Part shown: positions 26,700 to 40,622 of the stretch, one piece after another | Position numbering within the stretch: the stretch's first letter is position 1 | Layout: every line of letters starts with the position of its first letter | Assembly: GCF_006345805.1 (NCBI RefSeq) | Contig: NC_042997.1 | Span: 187,488,001 to 187,552,000 of the forward strand | DNA length: 64,000 nucleotides | Reading direction: 5' to 3' | DNA from: Octopus sinensis | Taxonomy: Eukaryota | Program-made: the position numbers and the translations under genes | Notes under the pieces: generated by a model | Seen by the model: the letters and a program-made list of their open reading frames with translations, nothing else | Database searches by the model: none | Told to the model about the DNA's origin: nothing

Positions 26700-26900
26700 T
26701 TGTTGCTGTTTAGCCCCAAGTCAGCCTAGATTGAGCAAATGTATAATCAAAAGCTTTCTAGCTGTGGCAGTTCCATCATTTTGTACATTAGGGACTACCA
26801 TAATCTAATATTCCTTTCCTTTTCTCAGGCAAGAAGTGTGGGAATCAAGGGAAGTTAGCTGCTATTTCTAGCATGCTGAGTGACCATGTAGAAGCTCCCT
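26700..26900 (+). repeat. Unclassified interspersed repeat family 5
   Basis: gtttagccccaagtcagcc...gctatttctagca motif; related pieces at about 9270-9360, 27085-27260, 31060-31235 (-) and 37640-37850 (-). Confidence 0.55.
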
Positions 26901-28639
26901 TGTTGGGTGGAATGATTTTGTGTTAATTTTCTTTGAGATAAATTAGATAAGAATTCATTTTACACTAAAGATGAAATGTACTAAAAAATTGTTAATTATT
27001 CTAGAATTCAGTTTTCCAGTCTGTAATTAACTGCCACTGATATTTTAATGTTAAAATGACTCTTAAGCCATGAAGAGTATTTTGTTGTTGTCAGCTGTGA
27101 TTGAGCAGACATGATCAGAGGCATTTAAACCATTGCTGTTTTAGCTTTCAGGACAACAATGTTTAAGATATTGTTTCTATTTTCTTAAGAAGGGACGGTG
27201 TAATTTAAGAAGGATTTTGCCAATATTTCTAACAGATCAAGTAACCAGCCACACAGAGACTTATTTATTAGCCCGAGAGGCTTTTTTAAAGAGCTGGTGC
27301 TTAGCTCCTGTTTCATTAGATCAAATGGTTGCAAGATAAACCATCCCGTTCTGTATTGGACATCAGAGTGGAGTGGGTGGTTAAGATTTATCTTGCAACA
27401 TTCTAGGTAACATAACTATTTTCTTCTGTAAGTAAGCAAGAGTTTACTTACTAGAAGTGTTTAATCTAAAAATGTAGTGAATTACTTCTGGTAGATTTGA
27501 ACTCATGAGTTATGATCAAGTATCCAAGAACCAATTCCCACTCAGCCAGCTTACCTCTACCACTGTCCTATTCTTTCTTATAATTTTTTGGTTCTTTTAT
27601 TTTTCAGAAAATTGAGGAATAAAATTAATATTGACACTGCTTTTTGGTGACTTTTATTTTAATAGTCAATCTGTTAGGTTTTGTAATTATTTTAGTTATC
27701 TTATCAGTTATCCTTATGCAATAAAATATGTTCCAAACTGTTAGCCATGACTAAATAACTGAATGGTAAGAAATCTTCAAAAGATTTTATAGTCAAGATA
27801 ATTAGGATCAGATTGTCCAATATATATCAAATCTATCTTACTATCAAATCTGTCTTTTACTTAATCTTAATGCTCTTCCTTTTTAGATAATGGTGGAATA
27901 GTTATGTAATTCCTGTACTATTTTGGGGGTCATGAGAAATTTGTCTTCAATAAATGCTTAACAACTACCATTTTGTTAATATCTTTGATGTTAATATCGC
28001 CGTCAACCTTTTTATAGCTGTGCAAGATTGTAATTATATTGGCTATTCTCTAGAGATCACTTTTACTGTGCACAGAATAACATTATATCATTGGCAAACG
28101 ATGTTGTAAAGTAGGGGTTAATCGCGACAGCCCCCAAATATGTTGATAACAAGTCCCAGATGGGAGAGAAAGAAATAATGAGGAAACCTCAAGCATGCTT
28201 AGTTCAGTTTTAAGAAGGAAAAAAAAAATAACTACATTAATGTAGGTTTTCAAATCTAGAAACCCAAAGAGAAATAATTTATACAGCAATAAAAATTACT
28301 TTTGCTACTTAAAATCTATAATATTGGATAATGCAAATGCCATTTCTCTTCAACTTCAAACATTTTAATGGATTTTTCTAGTGAATGCTTTTAAATATTT
28401 TTTGTCAGACAATATTTGCAGTAAAAGGAATATAAAAAAAATTGTTTCATTGCATTAAATGCAGCATACTGGGTTTCGCTTCATAAAATTTCAGTAGAAT
28501 CTGCCTTGAGTGGCAACATTTAGTGGTTCACTTTATTACTAAAATGAGATAATTATACTTTACATAATTCTAGTAGAATACACATACAGACAAGTCTTTA
28601 ATTATCATAAGGAACTATATAGCAAACTCACATGACGTA

Positions 28640-28836
28640 TGTATCTATGAATGTGTGTGTGTTTATGTGCATATATATATATATGTGTGTGTGTGTATAT
28701 GTGTATGTATGTATATATGTGTTTGAGTGTATGTATATATATATATTGGCATGAATGTATTATGTGTGTGTATGTATGTATATATGTGTGTGTATATATT
28801 TGTGTGAATGTATATATATATATATACATGCATGTA

Positions 28837-28897
<61 letters not shown>

Positions 28898-28930
28898 TTT
28901 ATATATATATAGAGAGAGAGGGAGAGAGAG
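28640..28930. repeat. Compound (TG)n/(TA)n/(GA)n microsatellite
   Basis: Visible dinucleotide runs; source of ORFs 28605-29016. Confidence 0.95.
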
Positions 28931-30249
28931 GTAATGGTGTCAATAAGACCCAAAGGTGTCAGGTGATGCTGAGTAAATGCTATGGGCAGACCATAGTTAA
29001 GCTCCAGGTTCGGTGATTATGCAAATGCGGAGTCCAACGTAGGTCATATATCAGCATGTGTATATATAAAAATATAAATATATATGTGGGGGGGGGGGGT
29101 GTATGTGAGAGTGAAAGATGAGAAAACAGTATTTACAGGCTTTAAGTAATGTAGAGTATTTTTTTTTCATTTCTATGCTACTTCTTGTTTGGTTTACACA
29201 AAGTGTTCAGCTTGTTCATAGTTACTATTCAGCAGATATTGAACTCCACATCAGATTCTTGGTCTTTGTGGTTGCAACAAGTTAATACAAGTTTACTGAG
29301 GAATGCTTGATTAATCAATAGACTAAAACACCTTTTATAGGACTGACTCTAAAATCGATATTCTAATTGATAAAAACACAAAAACAAGTTTGTTTTCATT
29401 CACTGCCTTCTCATATAACATTTTAACAGGTTTTTTATTTTATTGTTTTAATGATAATTTAACCTTTAAATGGATTGCAATGAATTAGGAAGGCAGCTGG
29501 CAATGAAAAACATCAGACCTGTATGCAAATGAGGAGACCTGAGTGATGATAATGGATATGCAGTTAGATGAGATGAGGAAGACTAAGTTAAATATGATAC
29601 TTGTAACAAGCAAACAGTGGCAAGCCTTACAGAAAACATGGTTTAGAAGAAAGCATTTGAAGCAATTACTTAACTACTACACTGTTTATCTGACAGCCTC
29701 ATCCTTAGTTTTACAAAATTCTGTTAAGGAGTGATGTACTGAATGCTATGCAGAAAATTATTAGTAATTTAAATTTGGTTTTAGTTGGAAATAAAGTCAA
29801 AGGAAAATGTCAAAATTTTGGGGATATGTAAAAGAATAAGTCACTGAAAATGTGTCTTTTTCATTTTAAATAACATTAATAATAATGAGGAAGCAACTAT
29901 TAAACTTTTCTGTTAGAGATGGACATTGGAACAGAATCAAAACTGACTATAGGAATAAATGCTTCTTTAATGTGTGTGTGTTCGCACGCGCGCGTGTGTG
30001 TATATCCCATTCATAGTTACCGTCAACTACCCCTTCTCTCTTGTTCACTATTCATTTTGTTCACTACTACTCCATCACTTGCTCTCCGCTCACTCTTGCA
30101 ACCTTTAGCCACCCCACTCTTCCAGATCTTCTACCCACAAACTCTCTTTCCCATTCAATATGTTGTACCTTAAAGGTATGCTCTTACACTTGATTGCTAC
30201 AATTTTTGTCTCTTTCCTGCTACACCCTTATTACTCCCATCCAGCTTTA

Positions 30250-30620
30250 TATAATGCAGGTCTAGCCATGTATCTCCTCTCCAGCAGTCGATAGTGCAGT
30301 GCTTGGAATTTTCCCACATTAAACTGCATGTTGTTTATTTCAGCTTACTTATATATTTTGTCTCATCGGCATAGCTTGTGCAGTGCTTGTCCGAGTGACT
30401 GTGGGTATGTCTAAGAGGGCTATTATGAACAGTAATGGTCCCTAGGGGATGCCACTTAGGATTTGAGAAAGGGCACCATTGGCTGCAGCTACCTGACTTC
30501 TGTCTTTAAGGAAATCATGCTGCCACTCTCCCAGTTTCCCAGCAATGCCAAGGTCTTGTAGCTTATGACATATCATACTCACATCTGAATGGTCAAGCAG
30601 CTGTTTCAAAACCCAGTCAT
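30250..30620 (-). mobile_element. CR1/L2-like LINE reverse transcriptase fragment
   Basis: Translates ...MICHKLQDLGIAGKLGEWQHDFLKDRSQV..NGA....SGIP*G.LLFII...YADET...NMQFN.GKFQ, i.e. the SG.PQG and YADD RT motifs with lesions. Confidence 0.85.
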
Positions 30621-31627
30621 AGCACTGTACAAGTTGTGTGTGTGTATGTGTGTATATATATATATATATATACATATACACACACACACACACACATGTA
30701 CATATATATATGGATGCTGTAACACTTCCCTGCAAATTTTTTTGTGTCTCTTTACTCTGGATTCATTTTATAGGTACAACATTAGTGTGGTTAAAGATTT
30801 TATTTTGTATTATTTTAAAGGCATCAGAAATTTTATTTATATCAGTTCTTTAAACTAGGCCATAATGGGCTGTGGTGATGTTTATGCTTTTCCTAAAAGT
30901 GTTCTCAATAGAATTGGAGTAAAAAGACTTCAGCCATAATAAATTGAAACACATTTGTAGACTCAGATTTCTGTCAGACACCCTGATTTTTGTTGTACAA
31001 GTAAAAATTCAGGATTTTTTAACCCATGCAGCAAAATTCTACGCCATATACATCAATAATAGATGTTTCACCTTCTGATATACATGCAGTAAGGTAGATT
31101 CTGTGGTTGCTTAACCTGCTAGGAATAGTAGCTAATTTTCCCTTAAATCACACTCAGCCTTCTTAAGGAAGGGATATGTTTTATGTAATGTAGTTTCACT
31201 TTTGATCATGGATCTGTTCAGACATGGACCTAAACACCATCATGCACATGAATTAGCCATGCATGACACTCGGAACTTAATACAAAATTATTAATGTTTG
31301 TTACATAGGACAAAAATAGTTTAATGACCATTGGCATAGTGTGGGAGTGCAGGATGTGTAGGTTGCACAGAGTAGTTGCTTTTAGGTGGAGGAAACATGT
31401 TGAAAGTAGGTTACATTTAAGGAAACAGGCCGCCAATTTGGCTACGGTACAGGGTGGCCAAAACCTACACCATGACACTGTTAGTAACCTTTATAAGAAA
31501 GATATGATTTTTAATCCCTATTGTAGTTGTTGAATGATAGCTTAACTTGTACACAGTTGATTCATTTCAGTTCTTTCTCTAACAAGAGATATTCCTGAGT
31601 TTCAAAGGAAAAGTTAGTTATCTTTAA

Positions 31628-31838
31628 CCCTTTCGTTACCAACCTGGCTGAAACCGGCTCTGGCTCTGAGTACAAATGTCTTGTTTTTATAAGTTTGGAA
31701 TTAAAATCTTTCACCAAACCTTAGTCACAATTTATGTTCCTAATACTAGCTTAATGATAACTAAGTTATTTTACTAAATCCTTAGTTATATTTAAAGTAA
31801 TTGAAAGAAACACAGAGCATCTCAAAATAAATACAGGG
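31628..31838. mobile_element. piggyBac-type MITE (CCCTTTCGTTAC subfamily), right TIR partly deleted
   Basis: TTAA ccctttcgttacc ... atacaggg TTAA. Confidence 0.9.
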
Positions 31839-33974
31839 TTAATGGTTGCCATGTAACAATTTTAATGTTTGATGTAATCACTTTTTTGAGAAAGAAGGCT
31901 TGCAAAACCTTCAGTTAATAGTCGTATAACCAAACTCATAGCAAAGAGATTTGGAGAACTTCTATATGTATCAGCTGTAAATGAAAATTATGGTAAAATA
32001 CTCAAAGTTCACTGCTCAGTTTAATGCAGAAGAGGTTATCTCTATTGCAATTGATCCCTATCCATTCAGAATCTCAGAAGATTAATCTCCACTATGTACA
32101 TTTCTATATTAAATTACATCATCTCTTAATTGTTTCCACACAAGATTTCACATTAATTGCTTATAAGTTGAGTGAAGACCAAGTGTATTGGCAGTTATAA
32201 GAGAGATAACTGAAAAATACAAGAGACAAATATTTATTCCCAGAGCATTTTTATATTTTTATATTTTCATATAAACTATTTTGTCCATTGGACATTTGAT
32301 AAAAGTTTGTGTTTACAGTTGAGATTTCTATAATACACTTGACTCAACAAAACTCCCTCTTCCATATAATGCCAACAAGAAACTCACATGCTTGCTAAAA
32401 ATATGATCACACAAGAAAGGTACAAAATATCTGATATTTGAACTGGTTTCTTTAAGATGTTTCTATTTATTTTTTATAATTTCCTAGTTTACAAGTTTTT
32501 GTACACTGCATTAAATATTATATTCTTCTCGACACATGCAATTACTGAAAAGTGCATGTAAAAGCACTAACGAACCTTTGTGTATTTTTTTTATCATTTG
32601 TATATTTGGCATTTTTATATATTTCATTTATTTATCATATATTTCTACACTTCTATTTTCATCTAATCAACATAATTATCAAGCAGTCATAAATTAAGAT
32701 AATTATCAAACATTTCAGTAGATTATTGATAGCTGTATACATCATTAATGCAAGCTTGGAGGAAAGTAACATGGGAAATAAAAAGAAAAAGTGTGAGTGT
32801 TTGTTAATGAATACAGATCTCTTAGTCATCGACATCAGCCTGAACAATGGATCATCCTTTTTTAAATTTGGCTGAATTTATTGATTTATCTTCTAATTCC
32901 ATATTATTATCCTCCTAACAATATGTGCACTGAGTATTTGATTTGCTTTTGAAATGGAAGATATGATGTTTGCCAAATGAATATAGTTTATCACAAGGAT
33001 AAAGCTGCTAAGCAGAACATTTCATTGCGAATGAATGATAGATTCACCAGCCTGTTCGATTTTCATGCTTCCATCTATGGATTTTATCATTGAGTTGTAG
33101 ATAACCTCTATTAAGCAAGCTGAAAAGGTTTGTGTGTGTTTATCATGAAAATGCTTAAACAGTACACACACACACACACACACAAAGAAAGGTATGGGTA
33201 TGGTGATTGACTGCATATTCTTAATGTAATATTGAGTGGCTACAGCTTTTATAAAACTGATAAACTTGTTAGATTAATGTAATTTTCTTTGATATACATA
33301 AAAATTCAGTATTTTAAAAAATTGCAAGCTGAAATATTTATTATTTTCCAAGATATCAAGAAAGCTAGTTGTATGTGTCTTAATTATTATAGTCTACTGT
33401 GAAACTTCTACTAACCAACTGACTATTAGTTATAGCCTGCACAATACAGCTACAGAACCTAATTAATATTTAGTTGAATATATCAGTCCCTCATTAATGA
33501 AACCAGTTTCAGTTTTTTTACTTGGTGATCTAGTGTGGCAGTGGTGGTGGTGGGGCTGATTTTTTTTAAACAGTTGGTTATATTATAATAATGCAATATA
33601 TATCTTTTACATGTTTCAGTCATTAGACTGTGGTTGTGCTGGGACACAATCTTAAGGGGTTTAGTCAAACAAACCAAGCAGCAATGGGAAACAAACTCAC
33701 AGATATCTGTCTGTCTGTCTATCTATCTACATATCTATGTGTGTGTATATATATATTTTTATATATATATATATATATATAAAAGAAAGAATAAATAGTC
33801 AAAAGGAAGATGGAGTACAATTCAACAGCTGTTTAATGACCACTATTTATTCTTCCCTTTTTATTTTTCACACACAAAGAATATCTAAGCCTAGAATTGG
33901 TAGTATACCATAATACTGCCAGCTAGGGGTGAATGAGCTCCATTTTGTACTCCCATACACCTCAACTATATATA

Positions 33975-34120
33975 TATATGACAAATTTCTTACAGTTTCT
34001 GTCAACCAAATCCACTCAGAAGGCACTTGCCCAAGGTGTCACAGAATGAAAGGGACTGAATCCAGAACCATGTAGTCAGGAAGCAGACTTTTTAGTACAC
34101 AGCCACGCCTGTGCCTACAT
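33975..34120 (-). mobile_element. SINE family 1 head
   Basis: caaatccactca.aagg.cacttgcccaaggtgtc...gggactgaa...acacagccacgcctgtgcct. Confidence 0.75.
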
Positions 34121-34539
34121 ACTTTGATAATTATTTATGCAGCTAGTTTCTGTGACACCATGATAATTCTAGAAGTTACCATAGCATGTTATTTTCTATG
34201 CTATTTTGTAAAACCATTTACATGGAATGCTTCTTAGTATCATAATGTTTTCAGTGACTACTAACTCACTATTCGCACTGAATAATTAATCTCTCAACTC
34301 CTTTCAGTCAATTTTATTTTTAATAAAATAAATATTTTGCGATTTGTCAGTTATTAATGATAGCTGTATTTTTTTTCATACATAATCAGTTTAACATGAT
34401 ATATTTACTATATTTAATACGTAACAAAAACTAAAAAGAAGTTTTAAAGAAAATAATTAATGGAGAAAAACTGTTGGAACTGGAATTAGAAATAAGTTTA
34501 ACATTCAACTTCAATGGGTTTTTCTCTTCTTTTATTTGA

Positions 34540-34860
34540 ACACTGGGGTCGATGTAATTGAATAACCTCCTCCCCCAAAGTTCAAGCCTTGTGCCTATAG
34601 TAGAAATGATTATTATTGTTATTATTATTATTATTATTGTTGTAAGCTAGCAGAATCATTGGTGTGTGGGATGGACAAAATGCATAGTTGCTCTTTACAT
34701 TCTGAGTTCAAATTCCACCCAGGTCGTCTTTGCCTTTCATCCATTTGGGGTCGATAAAATATTGTACCAGTCAAATCCTGGAATTGCTATGTGCAACTTG
34801 TACCCCTCTTTAAAACTGCCAGCCTCATGCCAAAATTAGAAATAATTATAATAATAATAA
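34540..34860 (+). mobile_element. SINE family 2: a 3' fragment, an (ATT)n tract, then a degraded full copy
   Basis: cactggggtcgatgtaattg tail piece; tctgagttcaaattcc B-box; gcctttcatccatttggggtcgataaaat core. Confidence 0.7.
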
Positions 34861-35054
34861 TGGTATTATTCTGAAAGACTCTCAGTTCTTAATTACTGGT
34901 TTCAAGGTTTCTAGTGCCTTCTCCTGTGACTCAAAGAGACAATATTCTCTTTAGAATACAAACTGTACCCAACAACGCTGTCTTCTGGATCACTTTGAGC
35001 CTGACAGCATCTCCAATATTCTTAATATGTTTTTCAAAGCTCTTGGTATTATTA

Positions 35055-35087
<33 letters not shown>

Positions 35088-35310
35088 GGCAGCGAGCTGG
35101 CAGAATCGTTAGCTTGCTGGATGAAATGCTTAGTGGTATTTCACCCATCGCTATGTTCTGAGTTCAAATTCTGACAAGGTCAACTTTATCTTTCATCCTT
35201 TCAGGGTCAATTAAATAAGTACCAGTTACATATTGGGGTCAATGTACTCAACCAGTCCTCTCCCTCCAAACTTCAGTCATTGTGCCTATTGTAGAAAGAA
35301 TTATTATTAT
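35088..35310 (+). mobile_element. SINE family 2, full length, preceded by (ATT)n
   Basis: ggcagcgagctggcagaatcgttagc head, B-box gagttcaaattc, tttcatcctttcagggtcaat core. Confidence 0.88.
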
Positions 35311-36480
35311 CATCACCATCATTTGGCTATAGCACTATTTCAGCTTCACACTCTAACAATACCAGCACTTAAGAAAGCCATTAAATAAAAAATGGTCTTG
35401 TTCCAGAGAAAGGAATCAAGCAATGCCTCTGCCAGCTGTCTATCTGCTGAGTCATTCATAAAATATTGTTCCACTATCTTTTGTTAGCAGCTGCAGAGCC
35501 TGAACCTTTGTAAGGCACAAACACTTCTTTCAAGCCTCAGGAATTTGTCTCCTGCTAATCTATCATTCTGTTTGTGAAATCTCTCAGTGTGAGCGATGTG
35601 CATGTGCATCTTTGTATGCTTGTGTACTATTTAATGAATTATTTACATGAATGCTTATTAGTATCATAATGTTTACAGTGAATACTAACACATTGTTCAC
35701 ATAGAATAATTAGATTAATCCCTCCACTAATATTGAGTTAAAATTATTTCTAATAATATTCTTGCCAAAGGATAAAAAAAAATGGAAGAAGCAAAAATAC
35801 GTTCATTAATTATTAATTAAAGGTTTTATATTTTTCATGCAATAATTTTAGTGTTGTTTAAACATAATAAATACATATATACAAATGCATGCCTGAAATC
35901 TGAACAATCTTTTTGTATTATTAAGAAAATATTATTATTACATTTTTATTGTTGTTTGTTTAATTGTAGAAACCAGTGATTCATTTTGATCATTAAAAGT
36001 TAAAATAAAATGTAACGTTAATGAGTAATTAGTATTATTTTCTGAAAAAGAAAATGTCTAATTTGATTTTTGTGCATTCCAGTCCAAAATCATTTTTATT
36101 CTTTAATTTCTCTCCGATCTTAGTTTAGTTTCTTGTTTAGGTGAAATAACTAATAGTTTCCTATTCTCCTCATTTTATAAAATATCAGATAAAAATATTT
36201 TGTTTTAGGTTATGTGTGGGTGTGCACATGCATGCCAAGTAAATATCTGAGCTGCAAAATGTTTCTGTACTGATTCTTTATAATTACAATAGTGTGTGTG
36301 TGTGTGTGTAGTGTGTGTAGTGTAGAAACCACATTGGCATTGTAATTAAACAAAAAAAAAAAATTATATTATCCTATAGGCCTAGATGAAATTTTTGTGT
36401 AAAATTTAATGAGTTATATCTGAATTTGCCAGGCATTTTCATGGAATAATAAAGAAGGGAGTAGGAAGAGGACAATTCAT

Positions 36481-36513
<33 letters not shown>

Positions 36514-36603
36514 TGGTTTATCTTACAGATTATGATTCCTCAGTTGTTTGTAATTAAGGTTTAGATTTAGTAATATTTTAGCATAGGAAAATATGAATAT
36601 CAA

Positions 36604-36788
36604 CCCGTTGGCATTCAGATCACTTTGTCAAATATAATGCTTATTTATTCATGTTTTAAATTTATCATTTACTATCTTGTAGCTTTAGTGACATTGTAGG
36701 GTAGGTGTGAGAGTCCAGATCTGTTTGTCCTGATCATAAAACAAGTACGATATTTGAGCCAGATACAGCAAGTTTAAAAACTAAAGGG
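36604..36788. mobile_element. piggyBac-type MITE (CCCTTTAGCATT subfamily), degraded
   Basis: cccgttggcattcagat ... ctaaaggg; body collinear with 7858-8078 and 45018-45222. Confidence 0.7.
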
Positions 36789-38085
36789 ATAAATCTACAA
36801 TTTAAACCATTTCCATAAAGAACTGCAAGTGGATATGTCTGAATGATGTAGTCAAACTATTTTCAATTAGTGTTAAATAGTGTTAACTGAGATCTTTTCT
36901 GTTTAGCTACCACTTTCCAATTTCTTCAATTTTTATTCCAATTGATTTCATATTTGGCATATTGGTATGGTTTTTGTAAGTAGATCATTGACATGAAATT
37001 CATTTTCACCATAAATCAATAAGTTTGCAAATTTGGGGTAATTTTAGCCAATTAAAAGCCGTAGACATATAGGTGCCTGTTTCCATAGTAACAAGCCAAG
37101 CTGTTACCAAACTGCTTATTCGTGTGGTCATTTTTTGCTTATTAGATAGTGGTTGTGAAATAAGCTAAAAATAATAGCTAAATAGACCTTAAATCACTCA
37201 CCAATTCTGTTTATATTTTTGCATAATTAAATGAATTCTTATGTGTAGAATACAAATTCACAAAAATTTTCTGAAAATTCCATAAAATAAAAAAGTTATG
37301 AGGGGTTATATGGTGTGCTTAAAACAGAATTCCACCAATATTTCATTTTTTTTTTACAGTTGACAACATATCCACTCATGCACAAAATGACAGCTTCCAA
37401 ATCTTGTTTTCTGACTGGGTAAAAATTATCAAACTTTAAACCTCTGTAACTTTAAAAAAAAAATTTCTGGTAAAGGTGAATTATCTCCTTCAGTTTCAGC
37501 TTGAAAATTACATCAATACACCAAATTTTTTAATATTCACTAAACTTTAAAATTCCCATAGTTGCAACCAAATAGAAAAAAAATCCATGAATTGTAGTAA
37601 AGGATGGTGGGTTACCGGAATCGCTGGTGTGTCAGAAAAAGAATGCCTTTATACAATCACTCAACCTGCTAAAAATAGCTAACAAATCAGTGAATCCCAC
37701 CAGATTATAAAATAGGACACAATAGATTATGTGTATTCCTGGATATATTTTCCTTTACAAAAAAAAAAAAAAAATGGTGAAGACTTGGATGTCTTTGGTC
37801 AGCTTTTGATCATAAGATCTCTTGTTCAAGGCTGACCTAAGACTTCAAGAAGAGTGCCTGTCAAGAGTTACTGTTTGAGAGAGAAAGAGTAAAATAGATA
37901 CCAAGGATATACTGATGACAGTTAAATAGATCAAATTATTGAGATAGTGACCAGTTCTCATTTTAAAGTTATCTAAACTAGTTCCAATTTACAAATTGAC
38001 TGTCAAACAGAAAGCTATGATAATGTGCTGATTTTGCATATTGCTGAGGATATAACAGAAACATTGGTGAGGGATAATATTTTAA

Positions 38086-38197
38086 CCCTTTTGTTACCAG
38101 ATTTCTATTGAAATTCACACCCTTTGTTTTAATTCCTTTTGAAAATAATGAAAAATTTAGTAAAATAACTGTCTCAGACATGTTGATATCAAAAGGA
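38086..38197. mobile_element. Short piggyBac-type MITE
   Basis: TTAA cccttttgttacc ... gatatcaaaagga TTAA. Confidence 0.65.
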
Positions 38198-40622
38198 TTA
38201 AACATTCCCTTAGAACTATTCAGATTAAATGTGTAACTCATATTTTTAAGTAGAGGGTAAGAGAAAATAATTTTTATGTAGCTCAGAAGGAAAGCTGGAT
38301 TGATGATATCTATATCTAGCTGTCTCTCTATCTGTCTCTCTGCCTGTGTACAGAATAAGTACTAAACTTACAAAGAATAAGTCCTGGTATTGATTTGTTC
38401 AACTAAAACCCTAAAGGTGGTGCTTCAGCATGGCCGCAGTCAAATGACTGAAACAAGTAAAAGAATACATACATGCACACACACACACATTGAAGATTTA
38501 TTTATATATGTGTGTGTGTGTATAAAGTGAGTGTATTGAAAATTTATATATGCATATATATATATCTTCAATATTTTCACTCAGCCAATGTATCTGTCCT
38601 ATCTTGGCTTATCTCTCTCACTTCTTCCTTTTTAATCTTCATTAATTTTACTCTTACTGCCAATATTTTCATGGCTACATCTCACTTCCTTCCAAATTCA
38701 TCAGGGTAAAGAGGGAGAGAGTTTTATGTCCTCCTCCTATCTAAAACTAACTAATTTTCTATCATTTAATTCTCCCTATCATGCTCCTCTTCTACACTCC
38801 AACTTACACACCCTCAAACGCACACACGCACACACATAATCCATATCCACATAATCCACTTCTACCAGCTTTCCACCACTCTGTTGTCTCTCAGAATATG
38901 GCAATAAAATGCTTCTCTCTCAGTTAAATCCCCTCCCATATCTTCATCTCCTCTCCGTTTCCTCTTTGTAGTAAATTGTCCATCAGACTCAGTTGTTGGT
39001 GGCTGTGAAATTGTCCTGTCCCAATCATAGCAGAAGAGATCAGACAGAGACATATAGACAGCAGGTTATGGGATGGTTCAATTATTTCCCTTCTTTGCTG
39101 ACAACATCCACTTAACACACTCCTATCAAAGGTACTTTACCCACCCATTCCCATATTGTTATGTGGAAGCCAGTGAAAATAAATTTAACTGTCAAGTGTG
39201 ATGGGAGGATATTGGGGAAGGAGGGCTAAAGAGACATAAAGTTAGCTTCTGTGTGGATAGCTAGGTGTAATAGGCTGTCCCTTGGGACATTGAGATGGCA
39301 AAAGGATATGAATTGTATGGGGGAAAGGGGTGTCAGTAATGATTCAGCTTTTCAGTCCCAACTACTGTTTCCTCCTGTTATCTGACAGAGCTATAATTGC
39401 ATTTTAATCCATTTCTCATTTTTAAGATTACTTATTTTTTCCTAATTTTAAGTTTACATCAATACTTGTTTCAAAGTGAGCAGTCTCAATGCCAATATAA
39501 TTTAGTGGATGATAATGGAGCAAGTGGGAATTATGCTGTTAGCTGTCTTTTTTCTTTCTTTTCTTTTTTTTTTTTTTTTTTCCACACACATTTCAAACAT
39601 TCTTGATCAACTCCTACCAATTCGCACAATATAATCATCCTTACTTGTCGCAATTTTATCCAAATTCAGGCTAAATCAATCTTTCTGCACTGCTTATTTC
39701 TCCTGTATTTATCTACAGATAGAGTTTTGGGATGAACCAGTGACTCCTATATAATTTTTTTTATATTTTCATATATGGACTGTCAAAATAATAAGGCACT
39801 CTGCCAAGAGAAATGTCAAATGTTTTTATTTTGCAATAGACAAGTATATATATTTTAAAGCAATGATGCTTAGCTATTCCACAAAACACTAAAATTTTAT
39901 TTAATTTTTCTTATACCAAAGCCTGTACTTCAGAAGGGACTAAATATTTTCTGATAATTCTATTCCCAATAGTCATAGAATAACTAGCTCTATTCCCACA
40001 CTGATATCTAAAACTTTTGGAAATATTCACAAATAACTATTCTACATGGCCTACTGCTATCTTGTTTTTGATGTTTTTTTTAACATTTACATGATGAATA
40101 ATAGACTATATATGATAAATAGAATATGTAACATTCATGATATCAGATCATCATTATAGTATAACTCATTAGAATATATAGCGTTATCATGATAGGAATT
40201 GATATTACTTTTTTCCATTCCAGTAATATATATATAAACCTTCTATGAATGTTATATGAATTTTAAACTCAAACAATTTTGTGTTTATCCTCTGCCTTTG
40301 TAAATAAATAGATAAACTGAAATAATTGAATGTACAGAAATTTTCATAGTTTCAACTTTGGAATAGAAAGAGTATGAGTATGATTTTGAATATGTATTGA
40401 TGAATAACAGAAATTTTAACAATAGTCTGACTGCAAAAGAGATGACTAAGGCATTGAATGTCAGAAGCATCAGTCAGGATGTACAAAAAGAATAAATTTT
40501 TTGTAGTGATGTTGAATAACTCCAGCAAACTATTATCAGATAAAGCTTTGTGAGGCAGGGTTTATAACAACAAACAGCATCAACTACTAATTAGTTTTTT
40601 CTTTACAAGTTCAGGCTTTTTA

